Source of the DNA: an uncultured Actinomycetota bacterium
GTDB taxonomy: Bacteria; Actinomycetota; Actinomycetes; JAFAQI01
Length of the DNA: 64,000 nt
Reading direction: 5' to 3'
Assembly (NCBI GenBank): GCA_963770565.1
Contig: CAVYQE010000001.1
Location: 1,376,001-1,440,000, forward strand
Positions 1 to 10,764 of this stretch are shown one piece after another (position 1 is the stretch's first letter; the number at the start of each line of letters is the position of its first letter). The position numbers were made by a program, and so were the translations under genes. The notes under the pieces are model-generated. The model was given only the letters and a program-made list of their open reading frames with translations, was not told where the DNA came from and did no database searches.

Positions 1-23
1 CTTCTGGCACTAGGATCACACCC

Positions 24-1238
24 GTGTCAGCCTCTCGGCGGCTTCGGATCGGCGTGGGCTGTGCTGCGCTGGCCTCGCTGAGCGCGCTCGTGCTCGCACC
101 GGCACCCGCCCTCGCCTCGCACGGCGGCGGCCCCAGTGCCGGAGCGATCGCCCGCAGCCAGCGTGAGGTGGCCAATCGCGAGCGTCAGGTGAAGGCGGCC
201 GCAACCGCGGTCGCCGATGCGAAGTTGAGGCTGGCCCGGCTCAACGTGACCGCCGAGGTGGCATTCGAGGCCTACGACGGCGCGAAGGTCAAGCTTGTCG
301 CGGCCCAACGTGCGGTCTCGACTGCGCATCGCGTCCTCGCCGGGGCGACCGCGCAGGTGGCCCATGGCGAGGCCAGGGTGCGCAAGTTCGTGACCGCGGC
401 GTACGAGACCGGCGGCCTGTCCGCGATCGACGCCTACCTGGCGCCCGGTGGTGCGGCCCAGTTGGTGTCGCGGGTCGGCGCGATCGCGGCGATTTCGAGC
501 TCGGAACACACCACCTTGCAGCAGCTTGACGCGGCCCGGATCTACCAGGGCGTGGTGAGCCGGCAGGCGGAGGGCGTCGCGGCGACCGCTGCTACGGCGG
601 CTGCGGCCGCCAACCGGGCCAAGACCGTGGCCCTCGCCGCGGTCAGGCGCCAGACTGCGGAGCTCGCCACCCTCAATCGGACCCAGGCGAAGCTTCGCGG
701 CTTGCTCGCGCAGGCCAAGTCGCACGAGTCCAAGCTGCAGCGCGAGCGGCTGGCCGCGATCGCGGCGGCGCGTGCCCGGGCGATCGCGCGGGCCGCCCGC
801 CAGCACTCCTCGTCGCCAGGCCCGTACTCCGGGCAGTCCGGCAACCTGTCCGGCACCGTGTCGGCGTCCACCGAGGCCACCGCGCTTCACGACGCGGAGT
901 CCCAGATCGGCAAGCCGTATCAGTGGGCCGCGGCCGGGCCCAACTCCTACGACTGCTCCGGGCTGGTCATGTGGGCCTATAACAAGGTCGGCGTCCATCT
1001 CGACCACTTCACCGGCGACCAGTGGAACGAGGGTGCGCACGTCAGCCGCGCCGATCTGCAGCCGGGCGACCTGGTCTTCTTCGCGACGAACACCTCCGAC
1101 CCTTCGACGATCCATCACGTCGGGCTCTATGTCGGCGGCTCGGAGATGGTGAATGCGCCGTACACCGGTGTCGACGTGCGCTACGACTCGATCGACCGGC
1201 CCGACTACATCGGCGCGGTCCGCCCCTACCAGCGGTGA
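24..1238 (+). CDS. Secreted NlpC/P60 (C40) peptidoglycan endopeptidase with N-terminal coiled coil (RipA/PcsB-like)
   Basis: Signal peptide, long Ala-rich coiled coil, C-terminal [25 protein letters not shown]...HHVGLYVG catalytic motifs. Confidence 0.93.
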   Translation: MSASRRLRIGVGCAALASLSALVLAPAPALASHGGGPSAGAIARSQREVANRERQVKAAATAVADAKLRLARLNVTAEVAFEAYDGAKVKLVAAQRAVSTAHRVLAGATAQVAHGEARVRKFVTAAYETGGLSAIDAYLAPGGAAQLVSRVGAIAAISSSEHTTLQQLDAARIYQGVVSRQAEGVAATAATAAAAANRAKTVALAAVRRQTAELATLNRTQAKLRGLLAQAKSHESKLQRERLAAIAAARARAIARAARQHSSSPGPYSGQSGNLSGTVSASTEATALHDAESQIGKPYQWAAAGPNSYDCSGLVMWAYNKVGVHLDHFTGDQWNEGAHVSRADLQPGDLVFFATNTSDPSTIHHVGLYVGGSEMVNAPYTGVDVRYDSIDRPDYIGAVRPYQR

Positions 1239-2311
1239 GCCCCGACTCGGGGGGAGCGGCCCGGCGGATCCGGGTCGCGGTGATCTTCGGTGGCCGCAGC
1301 AGCGAACACGCGATCTCCTGCATCACCGCCGGCAGCGTGCTCGGCGCGCTCGACCCGGACCGGTACGACGTCGTCCCGATCGGCATCACGATGGAAGGCC
1401 GGTGGGTCGCCAGCGACGCCCGCGCGCTGCAGATGCGCGGCCGTGAGCTGCCCGCGGTCTCGCCGGCGGGTGCCTCGGTCGCGATTCCCGGCGACCCGAC
1501 TGCGTTGCCCGCCGAGTTCGGTCAGGTCGACGTGGTGTTTCCCCTCCTGCACGGCCCGTACGGCGAGGACGGCACCATCCAGGGCCTGCTCGAGCTCGCC
1601 GGCGTGCCGTATGTGGGCTCCGGGGTGTTCGCCTCGGCCGCCGCGATGGACAAGCAGCACATGAAGCGGTTGCTGACGCAGGCCGGTCTCGACGTGGCGC
1701 CATATGTCGTCGCGCGGGCGGGCCAGCCGATCCCGGCCACGATCGCGGACCTGGGCCTGCCGGTGTTCGTCAAGCCCGCGCGCGGCGGGTCGAGCATCGG
1801 CATCTCGAAGGTCGAGCGGCGCGAGGACCTCGAGGCCGCGCTGGATTCGGCGTACGAACACGATCCGAAGGCCCTGGTCGAAGCCGCGGTCGCGGGCCGC
1901 GAGGTGGAGTGCGGCGTGCTGGCCGGCGTCGACGGCGGGCCGCCCGAGGCATCCCTGCCAGCCGAGATCAGGGTCGCGCCGGGCGCGCAGTTCTACGACT
2001 TCGAGGCGAAGTACATGCCCGACAGCGGCACCGAGTTCGACATCCCGCCGAAGCTGCCCGACGAGGTGATCGAGGGAGTCCGGACGGCCGCGATCGACGC
2101 CTTCGTGGCGCTGGACTGCGAAGGGCTGGCCCGGGTCGACTTCTTCCTGGCCGACGACGACCGGCTGCTGGTCAACGAGGTCAACACGATGCCGGGCTTC
2201 ACGCCGGTGTCGATGTTCCCGCAGATGTGGGCTGCGACCGGCGTCGACTACCCGACCCTGGTGAGCCGGCTGATCGACGACGCGATCCGCCGCGGCACCG
2301 GGCTGCGCTGA
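1235..2311 (+). CDS. ddl: D-alanine--D-alanine ligase
   Basis: [45 protein letters not shown] motifs; GTG start at 1235 overlaps upstream TGA. Confidence 0.96.
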   Translation: MSPDSGGAARRIRVAVIFGGRSSEHAISCITAGSVLGALDPDRYDVVPIGITMEGRWVASDARALQMRGRELPAVSPAGASVAIPGDPTALPAEFGQVDVVFPLLHGPYGEDGTIQGLLELAGVPYVGSGVFASAAAMDKQHMKRLLTQAGLDVAPYVVARAGQPIPATIADLGLPVFVKPARGGSSIGISKVERREDLEAALDSAYEHDPKALVEAAVAGREVECGVLAGVDGGPPEASLPAEIRVAPGAQFYDFEAKYMPDSGTEFDIPPKLPDEVIEGVRTAAIDAFVALDCEGLARVDFFLADDDRLLVNEVNTMPGFTPVSMFPQMWAATGVDYPTLVSRLIDDAIRRGTGLR

Positions 2312-2321
2312 CCGCCGCCGG

Positions 2322-2786
2322 CTAGGGGAGCGCGGTCTTCAGCGCCGCGGCCAGGTCGACCAGGAAGGCGCCCTGGACCTGATAGTGGGTCGGCACCTCG
2401 AGCCGGGCGAAGATCGGCTGGTGCGCGGTGATGCCAGGCCGGATGGCGGTCCAGGTCACGACCTTCTCGCCCGGCTGCTGGTACCAGTTCACCCCGTTGA
2501 CGGCGGTCACCTCGCTCGATGACGCGGAGTAGCCGGCCGGGACCGACACCCCGCAGGTCAGGACGACCGCCGGCGAGCCCCAGGCGTGCACGAGCGGCGA
2601 CCGGGGGCTGATGACCCGGGGTTTCAGCGACTCGAGCCGTTGCGGCAGCACGTTCCCCAGCTGTGCGCAGCGCTCGGCTACCGCTCCGCTGGGCGCGGGT
2701 GGGCGGACCGAGACGGTGTTCTTCGTGCAGCCCGACAGCGCCAGGACGACCGTGGCCGCGATGATGACGGCGGTGGCAGCTCTCAG
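2322..2786 (-). CDS. DUF3515-like lipoprotein; start uncertain (possibly CTG at 2786)
   Basis: Frame stays open upstream of the listed ORF and gives hydrophobic VIIAATVVLALSGC lipobox; AWGSPAVVLTCGV and VNGVNWY motifs; typical neighbour of ddl/AsnC/thiL. Confidence 0.7.
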   Translation of the reverse strand: MRAATAVIIAATVVLALSGCTKNTVSVRPPAPSGAVAERCAQLGNVLPQRLESLKPRVISPRSPLVHAWGSPAVVLTCGVSVPAGYSASSSEVTAVNGVNWYQQPGEKVVTWTAIRPGITAHQPIFARLEVPTHYQVQGAFLVDLAAALKTALP

Positions 2787-3019
2787 AGGTGGACGACCGG
2801 GCAGGTCAGGGTGCGGGTGATACCGGGCACGGCCTGGACCCTGGCCACGACCAGCTTCCCGAGCTCGTCGACGTTGCGCGCCTCGCTGCGGACGATGACG
2901 TCGTACGGCCCGGTGACGTCCTCGGCCATCGTGACACCCTTGATGTTGGCGATCTCGGTTGCTACCGACGCGGCCTTTCCGACCTCGGTCTGGATCAAGA
3001 TGTAAGCCTGGACGGTCAT
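2783..3019 (-). CDS. Stand-alone Lrp/AsnC ligand-binding (RAM) domain protein
   Basis: [16 protein letters not shown]...VTGPYDVIV...[12 protein letters not shown], the small actinobacterial AsnC protein next to thiL. Confidence 0.9.
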   Translation of the reverse strand: MTVQAYILIQTEVGKAASVATEIANIKGVTMAEDVTGPYDVIVRSEARNVDELGKLVVARVQAVPGITRTLTCPVVHL

Positions 3020-3081
3020 CGGGCGCTCCTCACCTGAGCAGGGCTGGCGCTGGAAGCACCGACGGTATCCGACGGGAGAGG

Positions 3082-4041
3082 GTGGCTGTCATCTCGGTAA
3101 CGGACGAGGGTGAGTTCGCGCTGATCCGGCGGATCATCGCCCGGCTCGGTGCCGGCGGCGACCTCGTGGTCGGCCCCGGCGACGACGCCGCGGTGATCGC
3201 CGCGCCGGACGCCCGCGTGGTCGCAACCACCGACCTGATGGTGGAGGGCCGGCACTTCCGCCGCGAGTGGTCGAGCGCGTACGACGTCGGCCGCAAGGCG
3301 GCCGCGGCGAACCTGGCCGACATCGTGGCGATGGGCGCGCGCCCGACCGCGGTGGTGGTGGGACTGGCGATGCCGGTGGACACCCCGGTCGAGTGGGTCG
3401 ACGGTCTCGCCGACGGCCTGCGGGACGAGTGCGCGCTGGTCGGGGCGGTGGTCGCCGGCGGCGACATCGTCCGCAGCGACACGCTCACGATCGCGGTGAC
3501 CGCGCTCGGCGACCTCGAAGGGCGCGCGCCGATCACCCGGAGCGGCGCGCAGCCGGGCGACCACGTCGTGCTGGCCGGGATGCCGGGCCGGGCCGCCGCC
3601 GGCCTGGCGCTGCTCGAGGCCGGCTACACCGCGGATCCGCTCACCGCGGCCCACCGGCGCCCCGAACCGCCGTACGACGCGGCTCTCGCCCTCGGCACCG
3701 AGGGCGGCGCGACCGCGATGATCGACATCTCCGACGGACTCGTGGCCGACCTCGACCACGTCGCGTCTGCCTCCGCGGTGCGGATCGAGCTCACCGCTGC
3801 ATCGCTTCCGGTCGACTCCGCGGTCGCGGATGCGGCCGCGCGGCTCGGCGTCGATCCGTTCGACTGGATCGCGGGCGGCGGCGACGACCACTGCATCGCG
3901 GCGACCGTCCCTGCAGATGCGACCGTCGACCTGCCGCGGATCGGTGTCGTGGCCGCGCTGTCGACAGGTGAGGGGCCGAGCGTGCACTTCACCGACCGGG
4001 CCCGGCCGGCGGTCGGAGGGCACGAGCACTTCCGTTCGTAG
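3082..4041 (+). CDS. thiL: Thiamine-monophosphate kinase
   Basis: [43 protein letters not shown] motifs. Confidence 0.95.
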   Translation: MAVISVTDEGEFALIRRIIARLGAGGDLVVGPGDDAAVIAAPDARVVATTDLMVEGRHFRREWSSAYDVGRKAAAANLADIVAMGARPTAVVVGLAMPVDTPVEWVDGLADGLRDECALVGAVVAGGDIVRSDTLTIAVTALGDLEGRAPITRSGAQPGDHVVLAGMPGRAAAGLALLEAGYTADPLTAAHRRPEPPYDAALALGTEGGATAMIDISDGLVADLDHVASASAVRIELTAASLPVDSAVADAAARLGVDPFDWIAGGGDDHCIAATVPADATVDLPRIGVVAALSTGEGPSVHFTDRARPAVGGHEHFRS

Positions 4042-4051
4042 GCTGGGTGCC

Positions 4052-4855
4052 ATGCCGGCCGAGACTCCGCCCCGTGTCCTGTCGGTCGCGGGCTCCGACT
4101 CGGGCGGTGGCGCCGGGATCCAGGCCGACCTGAAGACCATGCTCGCGCTCGGCGTACACGGGATGAGCGTCGTGACCGCGGTGACGGCGCAGGACTCGAC
4201 CGGGGTGCACGGCTACTGGGAGCTGCCCGCTGAGGCGGTCGACGCCCAGCTAGCGGCCGTGCTCGACGACATCGGCGTCGACGCGGTCAAGACCGGCATG
4301 CTCGCCTCGCCCGACCTGGTCGCGGTGATCGCCGCCCGGTTGCGGGGGGTTGACGCACCGCTCGTGGTCGACCCGGTGTGCGTGTCGAAGCACGGGGACC
4401 CGCTGCTCGTGCCGGCCGCGGTCGACGCGATCGTGTCCGACCTGCTGCCGATCGCGACCCTCGTGACACCCAACCTGCTCGAGGTGACCCGGCTCACCGG
4501 TCTCGTGGTCGACGACGTAGCGGGACAGCGGCGGGCGGCTGAGGCGTTGCTCGCGCTGGGGTCGCGCTGGGTGCTGGTCAAGGGCGGCCACCTGCCCGGT
4601 GACCCGGTCGACCTGCTCACCGACGGCGACACCGTGCTGGAGCTGACCGGGCCGCGGCTGGACAACCGGCACACCCATGGCACCGGGTGCACCCTGGCGT
4701 CCGCCATCGCGTCCTACCTTGCGCTCGGGCGGAGCATGCCGGACGCGGTCAGGGCCGCGAAGGACTACGTGAGCGGTGCGATTGCCGCCGGATTCGCGCT
4801 CGGTGCCGGGATCGGCCCGGTCGACCATGGCTGGCGCATGCGCGCTAGCGAGTGA
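4052..4855 (+). CDS. thiD: Hydroxymethylpyrimidine/phosphomethylpyrimidine kinase
   Basis: [38 protein letters not shown]. Confidence 0.96.
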   Translation: MPAETPPRVLSVAGSDSGGGAGIQADLKTMLALGVHGMSVVTAVTAQDSTGVHGYWELPAEAVDAQLAAVLDDIGVDAVKTGMLASPDLVAVIAARLRGVDAPLVVDPVCVSKHGDPLLVPAAVDAIVSDLLPIATLVTPNLLEVTRLTGLVVDDVAGQRRAAEALLALGSRWVLVKGGHLPGDPVDLLTDGDTVLELTGPRLDNRHTHGTGCTLASAIASYLALGRSMPDAVRAAKDYVSGAIAAGFALGAGIGPVDHGWRMRASE

Positions 4856-5033
4856 CTTTGCCCGCCTTCAGGCAGCCGGTGCAGACGTTGAGCCGCTTGC
4901 GGGTGCCGCGACCGACGATGGCCCGGACCGGCTGGATGTTGGGGTTGAAGCGGCGGCGGGTGCGCCGGTGCGAGTGCGACACGCTCATGCCGAACCCGGG
5001 ACCCTTGCCACACACATCACAGACGGAAGCCAC
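4845..5033 (-). CDS. rpmB: 50S ribosomal protein L28 (Zn-binding form)
   Basis: [34 protein letters not shown]...[11 protein letters not shown]. Confidence 0.97.
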   Translation of the reverse strand: MASVCDVCGKGPGFGMSVSHSHRRTRRRFNPNIQPVRAIVGRGTRKRLNVCTGCLKAGKVTR

Positions 5034-5136
5034 GGCGACAGGGTAGCCCGGGCCGCGGGCCGGACTCAAAACGCGGCGGGCGCTCGCGGGGGCTGTCGGT
5101 CAACCGTCCTACGCTGCCGCGGGGAGGTTGAGGTTG

Positions 5137-7308
5137 GTGGATCAGGCCGCGCCGCTGAAGGCACTGGTCGGGGGCAGGACCGCGGCCGCGCTGCAGAAGG
5201 CGTTCGGGCACCAGAGCGCCGGCGACCTGCTGCGGCACTACCCGCGGCGATACGCCGAACGATCCGTCCTGAGCCCGCTCGCCGAGTTGCGCGAGGACGA
5301 GTACGTCACCGTCATGGCGCAGATCGACAAGGTTGATGTGCGCCCGATGCGCCAGCGCAAGGGCACGTTGCTCGAAGTCTGGCTCGGCGACGGCAAGGGC
5401 AAGCTGAAGCTCACGTTCTTCAACCAGGCCTGGCGGGCGAAGGAGCTGGTCGAGGGCCGCCGCGGGCTGTTCGCCGGCAAGGTCAGCTCGTTCAACAACG
5501 TCCGCCAGCTCACCCACCCCGACTACCAGCTGCTCGACGACGGCGACGAGACGTCGGTCGACCAGGTTCTGCTGAGCGGCTTGATCCCGGTCTATCCGGC
5601 GACCGCCGCGCTCACCTCGTGGAATATCGCAAAAGCGGTCCAGACCGCGCTCGACTCGGTCGACCTCGACGTCGACCCATTGCCGGCCACACTGCGCGAC
5701 GAGCACGACCTGGTCGGGCTCGGGCAGGCGCTGCGCTGGATCCATCGACCCGACACCCGCGCACAGGTCGCGCGGGCGGAAGCCCGGCTGAGGTACGACG
5801 AGGCTTTCCTGTTGCAGATCGTGCTCGCCCAGCGGCGCAACCTGGCCGCGCTCGAGCCGGCGACGCCGCGGGCGGCCCGGCCCGGCGGGTTGCTGGAGGC
5901 CTTCGATGCCCGGCTGCCCTTCACCCTGACCGCCGGCCAGCAGGAGGTCGGCGCACAGCTGATGGCGGACCTGGCCCGTCCGGTGCCGATGCACCGGCTG
6001 CTGCAGGGCGAGGTCGGCTCCGGCAAGACCGTGGTCGCACTGCGCGCGATGCTCGCGGTGGTGGACTCCGGCGGCCAGGCGGTCCTGCTCGCCCCGACCG
6101 AGGTGCTCGCGCAACAACATGCCCGCTCGATCGACGCGTTGCTCGGCCCGCTCGGCCGGCAGGGCGAGCTGGGTGCGGCCGACCAGGCCACCCGGGTCGC
6201 CCTCGTCACCGGGTCGATGAGCGCCCCGGCCCGGCGCCAGGCGTTGCTCGACATCGGGGTCGGGGATGCCGGCATCGTGGTCGGCACGCACGCGCTGCTG
6301 GAAAACACCGTGCAGTTCTTCGATCTCGGGTTGGTCGTGGTCGACGAGCAGCACCGGTTCGGGGTGGAGCAGCGAGATGCGTTGCGGAGCAAGGGATCGA
6401 CGCCCCCGCACGTGCTCGTGATGACCGCGACGCCGATCCCGCGCACGGTCGCGATGACGGTTTACGGCGACCTCGAGACCTCGACCCTCACCGAGCTGCC
6501 GGTCGGCCGGCAGCCGATCTCGACCACGGTCGTGCCGACCTCGGACAAGCCGGGCTGGCTCGACCGGGTCTGGGCGCGCGCCCGCGAGGAGGTCGAGAGC
6601 GGCCGCCAGGTCTACGTCGTCTGCCCACGGATCGATGCCGATCAGCGCGAGGACGACGACCCGGTGATCGAGCCCGACGCCGGAGACTCCTGGCGACGCG
6701 CGGCTTCGGTCGAGGACTGGGCGCCGCAACTGGTCGCCGGGCCGCTGGCCGGTCTGCGGGTCGAGGTGCTGCACGGCCGGCTGGCGCCGGAGGTGAAGGA
6801 CGAGGTGATGCGGCGGTTCGCCGCCGGCGGGATCGACGTACTGGTCGCGACGACGGTGATCGAGGTGGGGGTCGACGTCGCGAACGCCACGACGATGGTG
6901 GTGCTGGACGCCGAGCGGTTCGGAATCTCCCAGCTGCACCAGCTCCGGGGGCGGATCGGCCGGGGCGAGCACCCGGGGGTCTGCCTGCTGGTGACCTCGG
7001 CGGAGGCCGGCACGCCTGCGCGGGAACGGCTCGACGGCGTAGCCAAGACAGTCGACGGGTTCGAGCTGGCCCGGCTCGACCTCGAGCAACGGCGGGAAGG
7101 GGACGTCCTGGGCGAGACCCAGTCGGGTCGCCGATCGCACCTGAAGCTGCTCCGCCTGCTCCGCGACGAGGCGGTGATCGAGCAGGCCCGCGACGATGCC
7201 CGCCTGCTCGTCGGCGCCGATCCGTTGCTGTCGAAGCACCCGGGCCTCGCGGCGGCAGTCGCCGCGCTGGTCGACGACGAGCGCGCGGACTACCTGGAAA
7301 AGACATGA
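5137..7308 (+). CDS. recG: ATP-dependent DNA helicase RecG
   Basis: OB wedge domain, RLLQGEVGSGKT, VVDEQHRFG, MTATPIPRT, QLHQLRGRIGRG; GGGGAGG RBS at 5121-5127 (start could be 5128 or 5134). Confidence 0.97.
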   Translation: MDQAAPLKALVGGRTAAALQKAFGHQSAGDLLRHYPRRYAERSVLSPLAELREDEYVTVMAQIDKVDVRPMRQRKGTLLEVWLGDGKGKLKLTFFNQAWRAKELVEGRRGLFAGKVSSFNNVRQLTHPDYQLLDDGDETSVDQVLLSGLIPVYPATAALTSWNIAKAVQTALDSVDLDVDPLPATLRDEHDLVGLGQALRWIHRPDTRAQVARAEARLRYDEAFLLQIVLAQRRNLAALEPATPRAARPGGLLEAFDARLPFTLTAGQQEVGAQLMADLARPVPMHRLLQGEVGSGKTVVALRAMLAVVDSGGQAVLLAPTEVLAQQHARSIDALLGPLGRQGELGAADQATRVALVTGSMSAPARRQALLDIGVGDAGIVVGTHALLENTVQFFDLGLVVVDEQHRFGVEQRDALRSKGSTPPHVLVMTATPIPRTVAMTVYGDLETSTLTELPVGRQPISTTVVPTSDKPGWLDRVWARAREEVESGRQVYVVCPRIDADQREDDDPVIEPDAGDSWRRAASVEDWAPQLVAGPLAGLRVEVLHGRLAPEVKDEVMRRFAAGGIDVLVATTVIEVGVDVANATTMVVLDAERFGISQLHQLRGRIGRGEHPGVCLLVTSAEAGTPARERLDGVAKTVDGFELARLDLEQRREGDVLGETQSGRRSHLKLLRLLRDEAVIEQARDDARLLVGADPLLSKHPGLAAAVAALVDDERADYLEKT

Positions 7309-7856
7309 GCCGGGTGATCGCCGGTACCGCGGGCGGGCGCCGGCTCGTCACGCCAGCCGGGCCGGCCACCCGGCCGACCACGGATCGCGCCCGCGAGGGG
7401 CTGTTCTCGACCCTGACCTCGCTGCGCGGGTCGCTGGCCGGCGCCGGTTTCCTCGACCTGTACGCCGGCTCGGGCGCGGTCGGGCTCGAGGCGGCCAGCC
7501 GGGGCGCGACCGAGGTGGTGCTGGTCGAGCGCGACCCGCGCGCGCTGCAGGCGTTGCGGGCCAACGTCGAGACGCTGGCCCTGCCCGGGGTCGAGATCCG
7601 CGGCGAGCCGGTCGATCGGGTCCTCGCCCACCCGGCGAGCCGGGGCTTCGACGTGGTGTTCGTCGACCCGCCGTACGCCGATCCGGTCGAGCCGGTGCTC
7701 GAGGCCTTGCTGGCGGGCGGCTGGGTAGCAGCCGGCGGCGTCGTCGCGGTCGAGCGGGCCACCCGCGGCGCCGAGCCGGCCTGGCCGGCCGGGCTCGAGG
7801 CGCTGCGGTCGAGGCGATATGGCGAAGCGACCCTCTGGTACGGTCGCCGACCATGA
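7305..7856 (+). CDS. rsmD: 16S rRNA (guanine966-N2)-methyltransferase
   Basis: MSRVIAG..GGRRL, TRPTTDRAREGLF, LDLYAGSGAVGLEA, DPPY. Confidence 0.95.
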   Translation: MSRVIAGTAGGRRLVTPAGPATRPTTDRAREGLFSTLTSLRGSLAGAGFLDLYAGSGAVGLEAASRGATEVVLVERDPRALQALRANVETLALPGVEIRGEPVDRVLAHPASRGFDVVFVDPPYADPVEPVLEALLAGGWVAAGGVVAVERATRGAEPAWPAGLEALRSRRYGEATLWYGRRP

Positions 7857-8329
7857 GGCGGGCGGCTTGTCCAGGCTCGTTCGACCCGATCACGAACGGC
7901 CATCTCGACGTCATCGAGCGGACCAGCAGGCTGTTCGACGAGGTCGTGGTCGCGGTCGGCGTCAACGTGTCGAAGAACCGCTTCTTCGAGCCCGGCGAGC
8001 GGGTCGACATGATCCGCGAGGCGACCGGGCACCTGCCCAACGTCTCGGTCGACACCTTCGAGGGCCTGATCGTGGAGTTCTGCACCTCCCGCGGGATCCA
8101 GGCCATCGTCAAGGGCCTGCGCGCCGTCAGCGACTTCGACTACGAGCTCCAGATGGGGCAGATGAACCGGTCGCTCGCCGACATCGACACGTTGTTCATG
8201 CCGACCCACCCGCATTACAGTTTCTTGTCGTCAAGCCTCGTGCGAGAGGTCGCGACGTACGGCGGGGACATCTCGGGCCTGGTGCCCGAGCCGGTGCTTC
8301 GCCGGTTGCGGGAGCGGCTCGGGGGCTAG
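7853..8329 (+). CDS. coaD: Phosphopantetheine adenylyltransferase
   Basis: CPGSFDPITNGHLD, KGLRAVSDFDYE, SSSLVREVA. Confidence 0.97.
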   Translation: MRRAACPGSFDPITNGHLDVIERTSRLFDEVVVAVGVNVSKNRFFEPGERVDMIREATGHLPNVSVDTFEGLIVEFCTSRGIQAIVKGLRAVSDFDYELQMGQMNRSLADIDTLFMPTHPHYSFLSSSLVREVATYGGDISGLVPEPVLRRLRERLGG

Positions 8330-8364
8330 CGCTTTCGCGGGCATACGACGGGAAAGGGCGCTTG

Positions 8365-8865
8365 GTGGACATCTCCGCACAACTCGACGAGCTCGCCGCA
8401 CTGATCGAGGCGGCTCGGGCCATGCCGATGTCGGCATCGTGCATCGTCAACCGGGCCGAGGTGCTCGAGGCGATCGAGGCCCTGCGGGCGTCGCTGCCGG
8501 ACGAGCTGACCGTCGCCAGGGGCCTGCTCGACGAGCAGGCCGCCGTGGTTGAGGAAGGCCGGGTCGAGGCGGCCCGGATCATCGACGAGGCGGTGGCCGA
8601 GCGCGACAAGCTCGTTGCCCGCACCACGGTGGTGAAGGAGGCGGCTCGCGAGGCGCAGCGCCGGATCGACGCCGCGCAGGCCGAGACCGACCGGATGCGC
8701 CTGGAGGTCGACGACTACGTCGATGCCAAGTTGGCCAACTTCGAGATCATCTTGCGCAAGACCCTCGGGGCGGTCGAGCACGGCCGCGACAAGATCAGCG
8801 GCCGGATCGACGAGCTCGAGGCGCTGACCGACGCCCCCGGCGAAGTCGAGCCGCTGCCGAGCTGA
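8365..8865 (+). CDS. Conserved actinobacterial coiled-coil protein (SepIVA/DivIVA-like)
   Basis: ARAMPMSASCIVNR and DDYVDAKLANFE motifs; conserved position between coaD and yceD. Confidence 0.8.
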   Translation: MDISAQLDELAALIEAARAMPMSASCIVNRAEVLEAIEALRASLPDELTVARGLLDEQAAVVEEGRVEAARIIDEAVAERDKLVARTTVVKEAAREAQRRIDAAQAETDRMRLEVDDYVDAKLANFEIILRKTLGAVEHGRDKISGRIDELEALTDAPGEVEPLPS

Positions 8866-8930
8866 CCGCCTCCGGTAGGCTGGATTAGCGGCACACGCGC
8901 CGCCTACCCCAGATCGTGAGACTCCTCGTC

Positions 8931-9536
8931 ATGCCCGCCCGTCACCCCGCACCCGCGGACCCCCGGTCGTCGTTCGTGATCGACACCCGCGAGCTCGGTC
9001 GCCGCCCCGGCTCGATGCGCGAACTGCGTCGTGAGTTCGCCGCGCCCGCGGGTTGGGGCCTCGAGCTGGTCCGGGTGCCGCCCGGCGGCCCGGTCGAGCT
9101 CGACCTGCGGCTCGAGTCCGTGGTGGAGGGCGTCTGGGTCTCGGCCGAGCTGCACGCTCCGCTCGAGGCCGAGTGCGGCCGCTGCCTGGAGCCGGTGAGC
9201 GCCAAGATCGACCTTCCGGTGGCGGAGCTGTTCGTCTACGAGCCAGAGCCCGACGACGACGAGGTGCCGGTTCTCGACGGCGACCTGATCGACCTCGAGC
9301 CGATCCTGCGGGATGCCGTCGTACTCGCGCTGCCGCTCAACCCGGTCTGCGCCGAGGACTGCGCCGGGCTGTGCCCCCGCTGCGGGGCCCGCCGATCCGA
9401 GGTTGGGCCCGATCATGCGCACGACGACCTTGACCAGCGCTGGGCGGCGCTTGCACCCTTGCAGGACAGCTCTGCGGAATCAGCAAGAATGGACCCGGCC
9501 GGCACACAGTCCGGCGACAACCCTGAGGAGCACTGA
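8931..9536 (+). CDS. YceD/DUF177 metal-binding protein
   Basis: ECGRCLEP and [19 protein letters not shown] motifs; directly upstream of rpmF. Confidence 0.92.
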   Translation: MPARHPAPADPRSSFVIDTRELGRRPGSMRELRREFAAPAGWGLELVRVPPGGPVELDLRLESVVEGVWVSAELHAPLEAECGRCLEPVSAKIDLPVAELFVYEPEPDDDEVPVLDGDLIDLEPILRDAVVLALPLNPVCAEDCAGLCPRCGARRSEVGPDHAHDDLDQRWAALAPLQDSSAESARMDPAGTQSGDNPEEH

Positions 9537-9538
9537 CC

Positions 9539-9712
9539 GTGGCCGTTCCCAAGCGCCGAATGTCGCGCAGCAACACGCGTTCGCGCCGTGCGCAGTGGAA
9601 GGCCACCGCGCCGACCCTCGTCGACTGCCCGCGCTGCCGGCAACCCAAGCTGCCGCACGTGGCCTGCACGGTGTGCGGCACGTACAACGACCGCCAGGTA
9701 GTCAAGGTCTGA
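9539..9712 (+). CDS. rpmF: 50S ribosomal protein L32 (not in ORF track)
   Basis: Translated by hand: [57 protein letters not shown]. Confidence 0.96.
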   Translation: MAVPKRRMSRSNTRSRRAQWKATAPTLVDCPRCRQPKLPHVACTVCGTYNDRQVVKV

Positions 9713-9722
9713 CGGCGCGCAG

Positions 9723-10007
9723 GTGTCCGCTGGGTTCGACGCGCTCGACGCGGTCCGCACCGCGGTTGCGATCGTGTGCCAGGTCGAGCCCGGCCCCTTG
9801 AACGCGTCGACCCGCTTCGATGCCGTCGGCGCCGACTCTCTAGCGCGGATCAGCATCGCCGACCTGGTCGAGGCGCGGGTTGCCGCGGCCGGTGGCGAGT
9901 TGTTCCTCGACGACGCCGGGTTGTGCCGGATGGCGTCGCTCGGCGACCTGGTGGCCGACATCGAGTCGCGGCTGGCAACCCACGACGGCGTGGCGGTGGC
10001 CTCGTGA
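9723..10007 (+). CDS. Acyl carrier protein-like (phosphopantetheine-binding) protein
   Basis: 94 aa, acidic, helical; [12 protein letters not shown] matches the (L)GxDSL attachment motif. Confidence 0.75.
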   Translation: MSAGFDALDAVRTAVAIVCQVEPGPLNASTRFDAVGADSLARISIADLVEARVAAAGGELFLDDAGLCRMASLGDLVADIESRLATHDGVAVAS

Positions 10008-10017
10008 CCTCGCCGTC

Positions 10018-10764
10018 GTGACCGAGCGCACCACCGACGACGCCGCCGATGTCAGCGGCCTGATCGAGTCGTTGGGCGGCTCGGTCGACCGCGCGATGAT
10101 CGAGTTGGCGATGACTCATCGTTCGTACGCCTATGAAAACGGCGGTCTGCCCACCAACGAGCGGTTGGAGTTCCTCGGCGACGCGGTGCTCGGCGTGATC
10201 ATCACCGAGGAGCTCTTCCGCCGCCATGCCGACCTGCCTGAGGGGCAGCTGGCGAAGCTGCGGGCCGCGATCGTCAACTCCCGCGCCCTTGCGGTGGTGG
10301 GCCGGACCATCGAGGTCGGCCGGTTCGTCCGGCTCGGCCGGGGCGAGCAGGCCAGCGGCGGCCGCGAGAAGGCCTCGATCGTCGCGGACGCGGTCGAGGC
10401 ACTGATCGGCGCCTACTACCTCGACCGCGGCACCGAGGCGACCCGGGCGCTGGTCCTGCGGTTGTTCGCCAACGCCCTCGACGATGCCGCCAACCTCGGC
10501 GCCGGCCTCGACTGGAAGACCTCGCTCCAGGAGCTTGCCGCCGAGCGGACCCTGGGATCTCCCGAGTACGTCGTCCAGGAAAGCGGTCCGGACCATCAGA
10601 AGGCCTTCCACGCCAAGGTGGTGGTCGATGGCGCGGAGGTCGGCGAAGGCCGGGGCAACAGCAAGAAGCAGGCCGAGCAGCTGGCCGCCGAGCAGGCCTG
10701 GAACGCCCTGTCCGCCCAGGACCGAAACGCGCGGTCGGCCGAGGATCCCGAGGCGGATGCCTGA
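10018..10764 (+). CDS. rnc: Ribonuclease III
   Basis: [30 protein letters not shown], dsRBD (DWKTSLQE...[10 protein letters not shown]). Confidence 0.97.
   Translation: MTERTTDDAADVSGLIESLGGSVDRAMIELAMTHRSYAYENGGLPTNERLEFLGDAVLGVIITEELFRRHADLPEGQLAKLRAAIVNSRALAVVGRTIEVGRFVRLGRGEQASGGREKASIVADAVEALIGAYYLDRGTEATRALVLRLFANALDDAANLGAGLDWKTSLQELAAERTLGSPEYVVQESGPDHQKAFHAKVVVDGAEVGEGRGNSKKQAEQLAAEQAWNALSAQDRNARSAEDPEADA

Noticed and set aside
5034-5136. Absence of the DAK2/FakA gene often found between rpmB and recG
   Set aside because: Simple gene loss or relocation; nothing in the short spacer supports a feature
5619-7856. 745-aa ORF overlapping recG
   Set aside because: Only the last 183 codons (from ATG 7305) are RsmD; the rest is Arg/Gly/Pro-rich off-frame readthrough
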